Shown: positions 39,503 to 55,258, counted from the stretch's first letter. The stretch: 64,000 nt of DNA from Octopus vulgaris (GCA_951406725.2 OX597826.1:64728001-64792000), one strand, 5' to 3'. Numbers and translations are program-made. The notes: generated by a model from the sequence alone, not told the origin.

Positions 39503-41184
39503 ATGTATGTATGTATGTATGTATGTATGTATGTATGTATGTATGTATGTATGTATGCATGTATGCCGAAAAAGCAACGAGTGCAAATTCTAAATGAAAA
39601 TAACTCAGAAATCTCTACAGAATATTGTTACAATTGTCATAAATAACTTGTAAATTCACTTAAAATTGAAATTAAAAACGAGAAATTTGCGTTAAAACAA
39701 ATAAAATATATAGCAATTACATATTTTATTCTAAAATTTGTTTCATTACAAAACTCCACCCACGTTTTCATATGCACATGTGTGGGGTTTGCTTGCCTTT
39801 CTTATGTGTGTGTGTGTTTTCTTTTCTTCTATACATCTATGTATTACAAGTTTATTTACTTGGCTAAGTAATTATTCTTAAAGTTCGTAGGCCGTTTATA
39901 AAAATAAACATTGAAAGCACTCTTATAGGAATAAAATATCGGGGTTTTCAACACAACAATATATCTAATAAAGCTGTTTAATTAATCAGATGTTCATATT
40001 ATAAACCAACACTTGCTACCGACTTTTCTAATTGTTATATATCTATTCATTAATTGTTTTTCCAGTTGCCACAACTCAACTTGAAGTACAACACATCTAT
40101 CAACATATATTGTAAAAGTACTCAGCAACGTAATAGATCTTACACAACTATTCACTTCTCACATAATGAACAATTTATTTCATATATTCATTTTCTTCTG
40201 TGTTTTCACGGCTCCACAAAACTTTAGAGTTCAAATATTGGTTAAGAGCCTAACCTTCCTATTCAGCTATAATTCTGAGTTGCCTGTGATATCTGTAGAC
40301 TTCGATTGCTGATCTCTAGAACTTTGCACACAAAACAATGTAGGCGGTAACTAAAGATAGAAATATTTATATCAAATTACGTGTTTGTTAACAGTGTTCT
40401 ATTTCATTGCTATAATGTACTGTAAAACTTATCCATTGGTTTTTAGCCAACACTGCGTATTTTAAAAACCATAAGCTTACTAATGCCCACAATTGTCAAG
40501 ACACACAACATCAGCTAAAAATAAAATTTTAGATATGCTCTTCTTTTCTTTATTCTGTTTTTAGTTTACTTTGCTGTATATTTAAAATCATTGAAGTCAA
40601 ACTGAGAGTCAGAGATATCTAAGTTGATAAGATATTACGGCACCACAGTGCCATATGTTCTCTCTTGCTACAAAAAGATGTTTAAATCTAAATAGCTTCA
40701 CTACAGGAAACAGTACCAACACGGCTAGTTTTTCATTAGGTTGTTAAGTTCAAATGAAATGCCACCATGGTATTATCTTATAAAGCTCTTTTTTTTTCAA
40801 AGTGAGCGACACTGCCCTCAGAGGAGGTCGATGGAAAATTTTGTATGGCTACAGAGTTTAAAAGTTTTTGTGTCCTGTTTACATATAAACTTTTTAAACA
40901 ATCTGTAATATCATGATAAACTAGTTTTTAATCGGTCGCAACGGCAATATTAAAAATAATAATTGATTTTAAAATGAGAATAAGTAAATAAATAAAAACT
41001 TGATATATACCATTTGTACATGAAGATTATTGTCAATTAACAAAAGTATGAGTTACAAAGACGTCAAAATTTGTGACGATTTCCATACAGGCAATAAAGA
41101 CGGTCACTACACTTATAACGTTACGTAACATCCTGATTTAATACGCATATAAAAATGAGGGGTGTTAATTTATTGAGTTAGAGA

Positions 41185-41571
41185 GGGAGGAAGCACTCCG
41201 TCGGTTACGACGACGAGGGTTCCGGTTGATCCGAATCAACGGAACAGCCTGCTCGTGAAATTAACGTGTAAGTGGCTGAACACTCCACAGACACGTGTAC
41301 CCTTACCGTAGTTCTCGGGGATATTCAGCGTGACACAGAGAGTGACAAGACCGGCCCTTTGAAATACAGGTACAACAGAAACAGGAAGTAAGAGTGAGAG
41401 AAAGTTGTGGTGAAAGAGTACAGCAGGTATCACCACCATCCCTGCCGGAGCCTTGTGGAGCTTTAGGTGTTTTCGCTCAATAAACACTCACAACGCCCGG
41501 TCTGGGAATCGAAACCGTGATCCTACGACCACGAGCCCGCTGCCCTAACCACTGGGCCATTGCGCCTCCAC
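41185..41571 (-). mobile_element. SINE family B, tail type 1
   Basis: Full copy; 11-bp TSD TGAGTTAGAGA (41174-41184 / 41572-41582). Confidence 0.92.
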
Positions 41572-42403
41572 TGAGTTAGAGAACATGTGTTAGTAAAAGG
41601 TGGGTAATAGTTTAAAAAATTTTTAAATACTTCTTAGAAAGAGATATTGAGCATTATGAAATTAAAATGTCCAAAATATAAACCTAGTTGCATGATTAAG
41701 AAGTTTGCTTCGAAATTACGGGGTTTAAGATTCAGTTCCATTCTAAAGCAACTTTGCAAATGTCTTCAGCCGTAGTTTCGGATTAACCAAATCCTTATGA
41801 GTGAAATTTAGCGAACAGGAGCTGTTTGGAAGCCCGTCTATAGAACAGCTCCTGTTCTTCTTGAGTACCAGAGCTTCAAAGGATACTAGATCGTTGTAAC
41901 TCCGTAGGTGAATATTTAGGAAATCACTGTTCATTGAAGCAATGCAAGTATGGCATAATGTAATGAGGTTGTGTATGGGTAAATTTAAATACGAGTGAAA
42001 TTAGTATTATTTTCTCAGATCAGGAGTTTGTATCTGCCTCAAGCCTACGGGGGTCACGAGGCTGGAGCTTATCCTGACTTTCAGTGTGTTTTAGACTGAA
42101 ACTACAAGATTCCCCCCACCACCACCAGCGTACAAGATGCATGTTAGTCGTAGGGCTAACTCTCAAGTTTCACTAGTACTCGTTTTCAGCTGGGTATACT
42201 GGAGATACTGAAATGAGTATGAAATTCATTACCTTAAGATCAAGAGCTTAGTTGTTTAACCACTAAACCACGTACCTTTGCGATTAATCTGCATGAAAGG
42301 AGTGACTTGATTTTCTGATCCCAAGGAAAGAAGCTGTGGGAGGTTAAACAGCAGGAAATCATTGAACAACTCGAGGTACCGGTGCTTGGATGTGTGTGCT
42401 TGA

Positions 42404-42481
<78 letters not shown>

Positions 42482-42861
42482 ACATGTTTCTTGATTCATA
42501 AGTCATTGTTCTAATGTTAAAATGTCCTTAGTTGACATTCTCGTCTCTTTCTCTACCCGTTGTTCTCAAGTTTAAGAGCTGGCTATATCGTCTCAAGATT
42601 AAAGACAGTAAGTGCTTTCGGAGTCAAACTGCCTTATTGTATTAAGCTCTCGCGAGACTTATTTAAAACACCTCTCATTGACTCAAAGAATTAGAGCAAT
42701 ATGTTCCGAATATTAGAAACACATGACTCTCCTCTGCTGAACTTAATATTCAAATGGTTATTTTATAGAACTGTTAGCCACACCCCGTCATCTATACTCA
42801 GTTACACATTGTCACATAGAGAACCAAGAGACGCAGGCATATATATATACTGTAGCAATAG

Positions 42862-42933
<72 letters not shown>

Positions 42934-42943
42934 GCTGCTGCTG

Positions 42944-42980
<37 letters not shown>

Positions 42981-43294
42981 ACACACACATCTGTATGTAT
43001 ACACATGTATGCACACGAATATTCTAGCATTTTTACACACGTGTATATATATAGAATACAAAGTCACCCACCATGTATATTCATTGACAGGCACAGTGGC
43101 GCGCGTATATAGTGTTTGTATATGTATATGCATATACATACATGCATACATACGTTATTTACAAGCATACATACATACGTTATACACACACACACACACA
43201 CACATATATATGGATAGATGGGTGAATACATATACATATACAAACACACACATTTATAGATGCATGTATTTCCATAATACACATTTGCATTTAT

Positions 43295-43458
43295 GTTGAG
43301 TTCAAATTCCGCCGAGGTCGACTTTGCCTTTCATCCTTTTGGGGTCGATAAGTTAAGTACCAGTTACGCACTGGTACTTCGATGTAATCGACTTGATCCG
43401 TTTGTCTGCCCTTGTTTGTCCTCTCTGTGTTTAGCCCCTTGTGGGTAGTAAAGAAATT
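43295..43458 (+). mobile_element. SINE family C (5' truncated)
   Basis: TGAGTTCAAATTCCGCCGAGG...GTGGGTAGTAAAGAAAT. Confidence 0.85.
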
Positions 43459-43712
43459 ATTTATGTATATAGATAATTATATGTGCATAGATATGCTTAT
43501 GGCAATACACGACCTACATGTATAGATAAAAAATATACTATTTACTCAAAAATACTAGTAAAACAATTGGAACTGATAAGATTAGTTAAATGTGAATAGA
43601 TTTGTCATACTTAAAAAACGTCCTATTCTGTTCTCTACATAGTGTAGAAAATATGAAATAAACTGTATTCACGTTCATTGGTTGAAAAACTCTGAATATA
43701 GATATACAGTAC

Positions 43713-43771
<59 letters not shown>

Positions 43772-44049
43772 CAAAGAAATTCCAACTCTGTTTTTTATGT
43801 TTTATTTATATTTTTTATAATATTAATGTAAAATATAGAATATATAGTATAAATAATATACTATATACCTCGGCGGAATTTGAACTCAACATATATATGT
43901 ATGTATAGTAAAATGAAATGAAGTATTGATTGTCTTATTGAATAGATGAAGTATTGAATATCAAATATTAAGGGACTAGTATACTTTCTTGCATTAAAGC
44001 AGTCTTCAAGGTCCCAGGTTGTGACAGGAGTATTTCAACTGACTATATA

Positions 44050-44230
44050 TATAGGGAGAGTTTACGAAAAAAACAAAAGACAAAGACAGGTGGTGTACAA
44101 AACAAACATATGTATTAGTATAACGCTCAGGAATAGAAAAAGTCCTTTACGTTTCGAGCCTACGCTCTTCTACAGAAAGGGACACAGAAAAAACAAGGAG
44201 AGAAAAAAATGTGTGTAGTGGCTAACGATC
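44050..44230 (-). mobile_element. (TA)n-embedded Penelope-like terminal fragment with hammerhead motif
   Basis: Minus strand 44180-44144: CCUUU-CUGUAGA-A-GAGC-GUAG-GCUC-GAAACGU-A-AAGG; T-rich 3' part ends CTCTCCC-(TA)n. Confidence 0.65.
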
Positions 44231-44255
44231 ATATATCATATATATCATATATATC

Positions 44256-44341
<86 letters not shown>

Positions 44342-44368
44342 CCGTGTGTGTCCGTGTGTGTGTGCGTG

Positions 44369-45862
<1,494 letters not shown>

Positions 45863-45919
45863 CATATACATATATATATATACACACCATACATACACAC
45901 ACGCACACATAAATATATA

Positions 45920-47199
45920 CAGGGTAGGACAAAATAATGGAAACACTAGCATCATAGCATCATAATTTTGAAATATCTATAAAACTACCAAAAGCTTGTT
46001 TATTTTTATGTTTGTTTTTTTTATTATTATTAGTGTTGCTTAATATGTTTTGCTAAAATTGTTGTTTCTTTTCAGATATCATAAGAAAAAGGTAATTAAA
46101 ATTCATTAAACTGACTGACCTATCGGACTTTCAAAGAGGTCAAATCGTAGGTGCTCGTATGGCAGGCGTTAGCGTAAAGAAACTAGCCGAAATGCTTAGT
46201 GTATCTAGAAGTACTGTCTCGAAAGTAATGACAGCCTTTGAGAAAAGGGGAAAACCACCTCGTCGAAACAAAATTCCGGAAGAAAACCAAAACTTTCAGA
46301 TAGGGACCGTCGGACTCTTACGCGAATTGTTAGAAAGGATCACAAAAGTACAGCTCCTAAAATTACTGAAGAGCTTAATGGTCACCTCGAGAACCCAGTT
46401 TCCACAAAAACTGTTCGCCGGGAGCTGCACAAAGCCGGATTTCACGGGAGGGCTGCAATCAGAAAACCACTACTTTCAAAAACAGACGTTGCAAAGCGCT
46501 TAGAGTAGAGTAAAAACCTACAGAATTGGTCTCTAGAGCATGGAAGAAAGTTATTTTCTCGGACGAGTCATCCTTTACCTTATTTCTGACCACTGGCTGA
46601 GTATACGCGTGGAGACAGCCAAAAGAAGCATTTGACCCAGACTGCCTTCTTCCAACTGTTAAACATGGAGTGGGATCTGTGATGATCTGGGGAGCGGGGC
46701 TAAATCTTGAAAATCCGCCGGCCCAATGGTTTCCCTTAATGGCAGAATTAATAGTCAAGACTATTTAAGCATTTTATCTGATCAAATTCATCCTACGGTT
46801 GCGGAACTGTTTCTGGAGGGAAACGCAATCTTTCAGGATGATAATGCACCAATTCACACAGCTAAAGTTGTTACTGAATTGTACGAGGAACAATCTAGTG
46901 AAGTTGAACACCTTATCTGGCCACCACAGTCCTCAAATCACAATATTATTGAACATTTATGGTGCATTTTAGAAAAACAAGTAACGAGTTGATATCCTTC
47001 ACACCATCATCACTACAAGAATTGGAGTCTGTTTTAGCTGAAGAATGGACAAAATTTCCTTTAGAGATAATTCAAACTTTGAATGAGTCCATACCTCGTA
47101 GAATTCAAGTTGTAATTACTGCCAAAGGTGGTCCTACCCCATAATAAAATAAATTTGTTTGAAATTTTAATGTGTTTCCATTATTTTATCCAACCCCTG
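45920..47199 (+). mobile_element. Full-length Tc1-family DNA transposon, decayed
   Basis: TIRs CAGGGTAGGACAAAATAATGGAAACAC / GTGTTTCCATTATTTTATCCAACCCCTG, TA target duplication. Confidence 0.92.
46111..47144 (+). pseudogene. Tc1 DD34E-type transposase pseudogene
   Basis: DLSDFQRGQIVGARMAG (HTH); WKKVIFSDES; TVKHGVGSVMIWG; FQDDNAPIHT; WPPQS...NIIEHLW; SIPRRIQVVITAKGGPT; stops and frameshifts. Confidence 0.9.
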
Positions 47200-47299
47200 T
47201 ATATATATTCTTTACGTTTCTCATTTTTTCGAGGTTTTTTTTGTAAGATTCCTGATGTGAAATCGTGCGTTGAAACAGATATTGTTGTATTTCGAGATT

Positions 47300-47945
47300 C
47301 TTTTATTCTTTTATTCTTTTACTTGTTTCAGTCATTTGACTGTGGCCATGCTGGAGCACCGCCTTTAGTCGAGCAAATCGACCCCAGGACTTATTTTTTG
47401 TAAGCCTAGTACTTATTCTATCTGAACCGCTAGTTTACGGGGCCGTAAACACACCAACATTGGTTGTCATATGATGGTGGGGAACAAACACAAACACACA
47501 ATTACACACACACTCACACACACACATACATACACACACAGAGGGAGGATATATAGATTGGCTTCAAATTTTGGCACAAGGCCAGCAATTTGGAATGAAT
47601 GGGTTCAACGGTGTTCCACGGGTTCAACGGGTACTAATTTTACTGACTTCGAAAGGGTGAATGGCAAAGTCGGCCTCAGCAGAATTTGAACACAAAGCGT
47701 AAAAGACGGACGAAATGGCGCTAAGCATTTTGCCCAGCGTGCTAACGATTCTGCCAGCTCTCTTTTTACTGGTCACGCTGGGCACCGCCTTGAAGGGTTT
47801 TAAACAAGTAAATCGCCCCCAGTGCTGAGTTTCTGAAACCTAGTATTTATTCTATCGGTCTTTTTTAGTGCTGAACCGTTAGTTACGGGGATGTAAACAA
47901 AGCAACTCCAGTTGTTAAGCGGTTGTGAAGGACAAACTTCGACAC
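47300..47945 (-). mobile_element. Cluster of partial SINE A (47300-47500, 47762-47945) and SINE C (47560-47760) copies
   Basis: Family-diagnostic motifs. Confidence 0.7.
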
Positions 47946-47972
47946 AAAAGCACACGTGCATAATATATATGC

Positions 47973-48031
<59 letters not shown>

Positions 48032-48079
48032 TGTGTACGTATGTGAAAATGTGTGTGCATGCGTATATGTGTATGTGTA

Positions 48080-48177
<98 letters not shown>

Positions 48178-48695
48178 CAAAATTAAAGCGATGCAATACA
48201 GAAAATGTTTAATGGAAAATGAACAATTGGACATGGAATACCTCTCGTCAGCGTCTTGGAATTCAGAATCAGCGCAGTTTCGGTGTCTGAAAACTTGATG
48301 TGATGAACTACTTACGTGGATATGCCAGTGATTGGAAATATTGCTGCGGTAGTGTATATTGAAGAGAAAAATATTTTAGAATACGGAGGACAACAATCGT
48401 GTGAGGCTGAAAATTGTGGACACGCAGTTACATGTAATACAGTTTAACACAAAAAATGGTGTATTATGTTCGCATACACGTATGCGCGTCTGTGTCAATG
48501 TATACACATCTCATATACATATACACATATGCATACGCACATACATAAATACATACGTAGCTACATGCATATTCGAATGTACAGCTATCGAGCTATCGAA
48601 ATAGATGAAAATTGAATCGATTGTACCTTCCTACGCATATAAACAAGCGTACACACTATTATATGTAAATTAAAGCATATACACTCAATTAAATA

Positions 48696-48987
48696 CGCGT
48701 AAGAGTCCGACGGTCCCTATCTGAAAGTTTTGGTTTTCTTCCGGAATTTTATTTCGACGAGGTGGTTTTCCCCCTTTCTCAAAGGCTGTCATTACTTTCG
48801 AGACAGTACTTCTAGATACACTAAGCATTTCGGCTAGTTTCTTTACGCTAGCGCCTGCCATACGAGCACCAACAATTTGACCTTTTGAAAGTCCGATAGA
48901 TCTGTCAGTTTAATGAATTTTAATTACCTTTTTCTGATGATATCTGAAAAGAAACAACAATTTTAGCAAAACATATTAAGCAAACAC
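48696..48987 (-). mobile_element. Inverted partial copy of the Tc1 5' region
   Basis: Reverse complement of about 46034-46324 with few differences. Confidence 0.88.
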
Positions 48988-48989
48988 GC

Positions 48990-49039
<50 letters not shown>

Positions 49040-49265
49040 TCATTCATTCATTCATTCATTCATTCACTCTATACGAACAATAAATATATACACTGAATCA
49101 TCAGAGTAAACAATATAAAACACACCAGTACTCTGCGCTCTTCTCCCTGAAAGATAAACTCATTCTATCTTATAACCTGAACTCACCGTATCAACACATA
49201 TTAGAATGCTCGAAAGATACAGACGAAACAGTATCTGTCTAACATCAACATAGTAGTCATTTACT

Positions 49266-49704
49266 AGTAGTCATTCAAAGCCACAGTCGAACCAATTCTA
49301 CTATATGGCTCAGAAACCTGGACGTTATCAAAAAAGCTTGAGAGGCGGTTGGATGGAACCTACACTCGCCTCCTTATGAGAGCTCAAAATCTCTCGTGGA
49401 AGCGCCATCCAACCAAAATGCAAATATATGGGAAATTACCACCTGTGTCATCTCTTGTGAAAGGTAGGAGAGTCCAGTTTGCTGGACATTGTTGTAGAGC
49501 TGAAAAAGAAGTAATCTCTACTCTTCTCCTCTGGAAGCCATCTACTCGCAATACCAGAGGGCGCACACTCTCCTACCCTGATGTAATCTCCAGGGATACA
49601 GGCATCCAGCAACAGGACCTCCGTAATGCTATGATGGACCGTGAAGTCTGGCGTAACATAGTAAATTCCATTGTCTCGACCACGGTCGAACAATGATGAT
49701 GATG
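49266..49704 (+). mobile_element. 5'-truncated RTE-like LINE 3' end
   Basis: FKATVEPILLYGSETWTL...RRVQFAGHC...LLLWKP...MDREVWR; (TGA)n tail; 11-bp TSD AGTCATTTACT (49255-49265 / 49705-49715). Confidence 0.9.
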
Positions 49705-49871
49705 AGTCATTTACTGAACTATACGCAGAGTTCCATGCATTTGATGTAGTATTTTTTAATGATGACCAGGAAGCGATTTACTTCTTGTGTTGAATAATTA
49801 ATATGCATAGTTTGAATCTGGGTTTTCACAACCTACCATACCTAACCAGATGTCCAGATGTAGTTGTACTT

Positions 49872-49945
<74 letters not shown>

Positions 49946-50077
49946 TTTATATATGTATGTATGTACCTATATATTAATTCGTGTGTTTGTATACATACAC
50001 ACACACTTAACTGCGTGTGTCTGTAAAGCTTCGAGCTTCAGTTCTTTTACAGAAGGATAGATAGATAGATAGACATG

Positions 50078-50149
<72 letters not shown>

Positions 50150-50219
50150 TAGACAGACAGACAGACTAACTGACAGACTGACTAATTGATAAGATAGATA
50201 GATAGATAGATTGACAGAC

Positions 50220-50302
<83 letters not shown>

Positions 50303-51616
50303 AGTGCCGAGAAATCGGAAAAAATCGGAGTGTATGTGCATGCGTGTGAGTCTGTGTATGTGTGTGTGTGTGCGCGTGTGTGTGCGTGTGTGTGTATGCG
50401 ATCGCGTGTCCGTGCGTGTATCTCCTAGACCAAATCTATTAATTCTAATTATTGACTATCAAAGACAAATGATTTGCAGGCTCCTCGACATTTCTACTCT
50501 GTCTCACCCAAAACAATCACTTCAAATTTTGCTTAATCCGCGTCTGGAATGTTTTAGTACCAATATTTTCCGTATAGTTACCCATAGAATTCCAAACTGT
50601 ACGTGAAACTGTGGTGTTCACATCGGTCTGTGCTAGGTTGAAAATTCCATGGACTCTGTCACTTTCTTTGGAGTTTATAAACATTACGTACACATTTACA
50701 TTCACACATACACACATACACACACAGTCAGACACACACACACACACACACACACAGCTTGATACCCGTAAGTGACCTTGGTTCTTTTTTCTTTTCTTTC
50801 TCTGTATTTTTACGTTGTCCGATCTATTGACTCAAAGTAAAAGTTGTTTTGATCTGGTATTCAATAATTTATTAATCACTGGCAACCATTTTTTTTATAT
50901 TATATTATATAGTGTTACGTGAATGTCCTTGCATCTTACACAAAATATTCATACAAATAAACATTTATACACACAGATGCGTATATGCATACACATACAG
51001 AGTGATGAGGAGGGAGAGAAAAAGACAGATAGATAGACAGACAGACAGACTGGCAGACAGAAGGAATTAATATCAAATTTTAGTTTCATTAGAATGCACT
51101 ACATCCACTCAGCTACTACCGTCGATCTACGGGGTGGGTGTCTCTTGTCTGGTATCAAAATTGTGCACGTTACCATTTTTATATCTTTTAAGCTATTCCT
51201 TCGTCGCCAAACATACTTTTAGCTAACTCTGTGACTTGGGCCACTAAGTTGAGTTGATAGTTTACCCCCAAAACCCACACCATGTCTCCCTGTAACACAC
51301 CAGTCTAAGATGCAATGAACACCATGCCTTATGCAACCCATAAGCAAAAAAATCTGCAGATATTTGCTGCAGCAGGCTAATACTGTATGGAATTAGAGAT
51401 AGCGGTGTCAAATGTTGACTTGTATAACATATATAAGTGGAGACATTGAATGCTGACATGTAGAATAGCACCATAATTGGTAACATATGTTTGTTAAACA
51501 AAACATATTTTGATAGACTTTAAAATGGAACCAATAAAGATTCCTTAACATTAAGTCTTACTGTGGTTAAAATATGTGGAAAGTCACACTTGAGTTTTTC
51601 ACTAACTGTTTACTTG

Positions 51617-51843
51617 TCAAGTGTGTACCAAATCACCCAAACTAATTTTGATTGATTCTTCCTCCCCGCGGAGCTTCACAGTTTTTTTTTCTTTCTTAAA
51701 ATTCTTACTCCACCCAAATACTAACTGAGTGAAGTTCAAACTGGATACACCCGTATTAACGTCATCAAGATACCCAATGCCTCGTCTAGACTGTTTACGA
51801 ATATAACTCTTTTGACAAATATCGCGATCTATCCTAAGCACTA
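51617..51843 (-). pseudogene. Decayed GIY-YIG endonuclease of a Penelope-like element
   Basis: VLRID(R)DICQKSYI(R)KQSRR...FGWSKNF...KE...EESIKI; the two R codons (CGC, CGT) are each one change from C and G, giving the PLE pattern V..I.CxxCxxxYIGxxxR...F.W...KE...ES..I. Confidence 0.5.
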
Positions 51844-52329
51844 ACTTAACTGGTTCTTCATTTTATCGATTCCTTAATTACTTCGTACTGAAGAAATCCA
51901 GTTAGATCGAAATGGTGGCTTCCGTATACGAGTATTAAAAACTTTATGGCCGAAACGGACAAAATCAAAACGAATTAAATAAATGTATAAAAATCATGTG
52001 ATATACTCCAGTGAACTTAAACTTACTTCACTGACAAACAAATGAAATAAAAATACAAAAAAAAAAGATAAAATTGAGTGCCTTGCAATAGACAGAAACA
52101 TTCATACAATATTGGTAGGAAATATAGTCACGTTAGATTAGTCATTGGTGCCTTGGTAAGTTGGAACAACGTATCTTTTAGTTATTTGGCATTTTAATTT
52201 AATTAAATGTTATTAAGATGGCATTCGTGTGCTTGAAAAGAAATTAAACTATCAGAATATACTTCTATAAAGGAAGTTAAGCTTCGAAGGAACTGTTATA
52301 TGTAGGAAATTACGATGACATTCTACCCC

Positions 52330-52588
52330 AGTGGTTCACAACCGGGGTCCATATGATCCTTAGGGGTCGGCACAAAATTTTGTTGTTAGAATTTATGTGC
52401 AGTAAATCGGTTATACTTCTAATATACAGAATATATTTTAATTTTTTAATGAAATTCCTAATAATATTTAATAATAAAAATACAGTAAGATTTTTTTTAA
52501 TATACAGCGAATGACTATGGAGGTTCAATAGAGTAAAATAGGAATCAAAAGGGTCCGTTGGTAAAAAAAAAATGGTTGAAAACCACTG
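52330..52588. mobile_element. hAT-like MITE
   Basis: TIRs CAGTGGTTCACAACC / GGTTGAAAACCACTG. Confidence 0.7.
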
Positions 52589-52658
52589 GGAATGTTTACT
52601 ATCAAGGTTCACATTTTGGTTTGTAATTAAACAAAGTACTCTTCTATCTGAGACATGA

Positions 52659-52853
52659 ATAACCCTTTTGATACCAACCTACCTGGTACACCCTTAGTTC
52701 TATGGTAGAAACTGGGTTTTAAAATTATCTGAATTAAAACCTTTCCCCCGAAGTTTCACAATGACAAAGTTATTTTACTAAATTCTTCAGTATTTTTTAA
52801 ATTAAATGATACAAACTGGGTGTATCGCAACGAAAGTATGGTAACAAAAGAGT
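52659..52853. mobile_element. Small MITE with (T)TAACCCT-type ends (piggyBac-like)
   Basis: AACCCTTTTGATACCA / TGGTAACAAAAGAGT. Confidence 0.4.
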
Positions 52854-53642
52854 CATGCAGTCAGAGTTACCGTCTATCTGAGAGCTTATATTCTAAATCT
52901 CCCTTTCTATCTGAGAAATTGTGTTGTTAAGCTCCGCTGTTAAACTTAAGCTTAAAACCAGATTAGTGTGGAATTCAATCTGCTGCAACAAAAAGCAGTC
53001 AAAATTCCCTCAAATCACACCCTACCACCTAAAAAAATGAGTAGCACATTAGATAATATATTCCAGATACATTATGTCCAAATAAGATATGAGATAATCA
53101 TTATTAAAGAATCAATATGTGTGGAAGTAAAACTTAAATACAAAAATATTCACATAAACTTATTTGAGGATTGGATGTGTCTTTCTATTTCAAGGACCTC
53201 CATTTTATCTTTTTTTAATTTTATTTTTCGTCATTGAAGTAAGTTTAAGTTCACTGGAGTATATCACATGATTCTTATACAGTTATTTAATTCGATTTGA
53301 TTTTGTTTGTTTCGGTCATAAAGTTCTTAATACTCGTATATAGAAACTACCATTTCGATTTAAATGGATTTCTTCAGTACGAAGTAATTAAGGAATCGAT
53401 AAAATGAAGAATCATTTAAGTACTGAAATCAGTGGTATTAACTATTTCTTCCCCTCAAAATTTGTGGTTTTGTACCAAAATCAGAAGCCATTAATAAGCA
53501 TTACATTATTTACAACATATGAAGATGGCCCTGCTCGATCTGTAGAAAAGATGTAGGTAGAAGTTCCATAAGTTGTACCCAGTGTAAGCCATGGACGCAT
53601 AAGAAGTGCAATAACATCATAGGAAGGTTAACTGGGATGATA

Positions 53643-53851
53643 GGCTTTGTGTACGGCAGATGCACAGGGGCAATAAACACCGAAGATGCTCAGAAAACAG
53701 ATTCCATCACATGCCAGGGGGAGAAACTAGAAGTAGTTGATAGCTTCCGCTACCTAGGTGACCAAGTCTGTAGTGCGAGTGGATGCTCTGAGGGCGTTGC
53801 CACTAGAATAAGAATAGCCTGGGCAAAGTTCAGAAAGCTCCTACCTCTGCC
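53643..53851 (+). mobile_element. RTE (BovB-like) LINE internal fragment
   Basis: GEKLEVVDSFRYLGD...RIRIAWAKFRKLLPL, RT C-terminal motif. Confidence 0.8.
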
Positions 53852-54224
53852 AGTCAGGAGGCACTGGTATCGGCCAGTGAGGTGCGGTGGGGAGCAGCGT
53901 CCACGTTTGGATAGTGTTTTTTACGTGCCACCGTCACGGGGAGTCAGTCAGGCGGCACTGGCAATCACCTACGCATGAATGGTGCTTATTACGGGCCACC
54001 AGCACGGGAACCAGTCAGCTTCGGTTACAACTACAATTACCATTTTGATTTCGATTTGATTGAGATTCTGATTGTTATTTTGATTTTGATTTTTGATTTT
54101 ACTTGACTCAATAGGTCTCCTCAAGCACGGCGTGTTGCACGACGATTCAAAGGTACTTTTTAAATGGCTGATTATGCGACACTGGTATAAGCCACGGCTG
54201 TGATCTCTACTTGCCGGCGTTGCG

Positions 54225-54465
54225 TTGTGTCCTTGAGGAAAACAGTTTATTTCACGTTGGTCCAGTTCACTCAGCTGACATAATGACTAAGTAGCACCTG
54301 TATTTTAAAGGCCCAGCTTCGTCACATTTTGTGTCCCGCTGAATCTTCCTGAGAACTATGCTAAGAGTACGCGTATCTATGGAGTGCACAGCCACTGGCA
54401 CGTTAATTTCACGAGCAAGCTGTTCCGTTGATCGGATCAACTGGAATACTCGTCATTGTGACCAG
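54225..54465 (+). mobile_element. Old SINE with CORE-like middle and tail type 1
   Basis: GTGTCCTTGAG..CCAGTTCACTCAGCTG followed by CACGTTAATTTCACGAGCA.GCTGTTCCGTTGAT shared with SINE B tail 1. Confidence 0.6.
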
Positions 54466-54539
54466 TTCATTTACATTATAGAAGAAAACAGAAGAAAGAA
54501 GGAAGAAAAACTTTTGATGGAAGGCATTTTATCAATTCT

Positions 54540-54770
54540 TATTTCTTTACTACCCACAAGGGGCTAAACATAGAGGGGACAAACAAAGACAGACAAACGG
54601 ATTAAGTCGATTACATCGACCCCAGTGCGTAACTGGTACTTAATTTATCGACCCCGAAAGGATGAAAGGCAAAGTCGACCTCGGCGGAATTCGAACTCAG
54701 AACGTAGCAGCAGACGAAATACGGCTAAGCATTTCGCCCTGCGTGCTAACGTTTCTGCCAGCTCGCCGCT
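54540..54770 (-). mobile_element. SINE family C, full length
   Basis: Matches other copies. Confidence 0.9.
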
Positions 54771-55028
54771 TTCTTACATTTTATCGATTCTCGACAGACG
54801 TGTGAGTATGTAGGAGATGATTCTGATGCTGATTAATCCAGTGCAGCTCTGATCCAAAAGAGCTATCGTCAAAAGTATTTCAACTGTGACCCTCACATCA
54901 CCGTTTCTTTTTCTTTTTCTTTTTTAAAATTAATATAATTTAGATTACATTATCAATGGACCAATGGACCTTCCCTTTGTATCAGCTCTTTCTTTGGTTT
55001 ATAATGGTGTTGTTGCTGTTGTTATTGT

Positions 55029-55079
<51 letters not shown>

Positions 55080-55258
55080 CAAAAACGACGTCGACGACGA
55101 TAATGATCAGGATCAAAATTATGATGACAGTGGAAGAACAATGGGAATTATAATCGCTGTGGTTGGGACTGTGGTGGTGTTGGTGGTGGTAAAGGTGGTA
55201 GTGGTGATGGTGATGGAGGTAGTGATGGTGATGGAGGTGGTGATGCTGTTGCTGTTGA

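Larger units (their letters stand above)
51844..53421. repeat. Diverged inverted repeat pair (51844-52110 and 53160-53421)
   Basis: For example TTCTTCATTTTATCGATTCCTTAATTACTTCGTACTGAAGAAATCCA versus its reverse complement at about 53364-53412. Confidence 0.85.

Noticed and set aside
39900-41160. Complex AT-rich stretch that may be an old DNA transposon
   Set aside because: No TIR pair or translatable motif could be established by eye.
47245-47295. CTGATGTG...GAAACAG hammerhead-like words (similar case at 3165-3195 minus)
   Set aside because: The core is broken and stems I-III do not pair convincingly.
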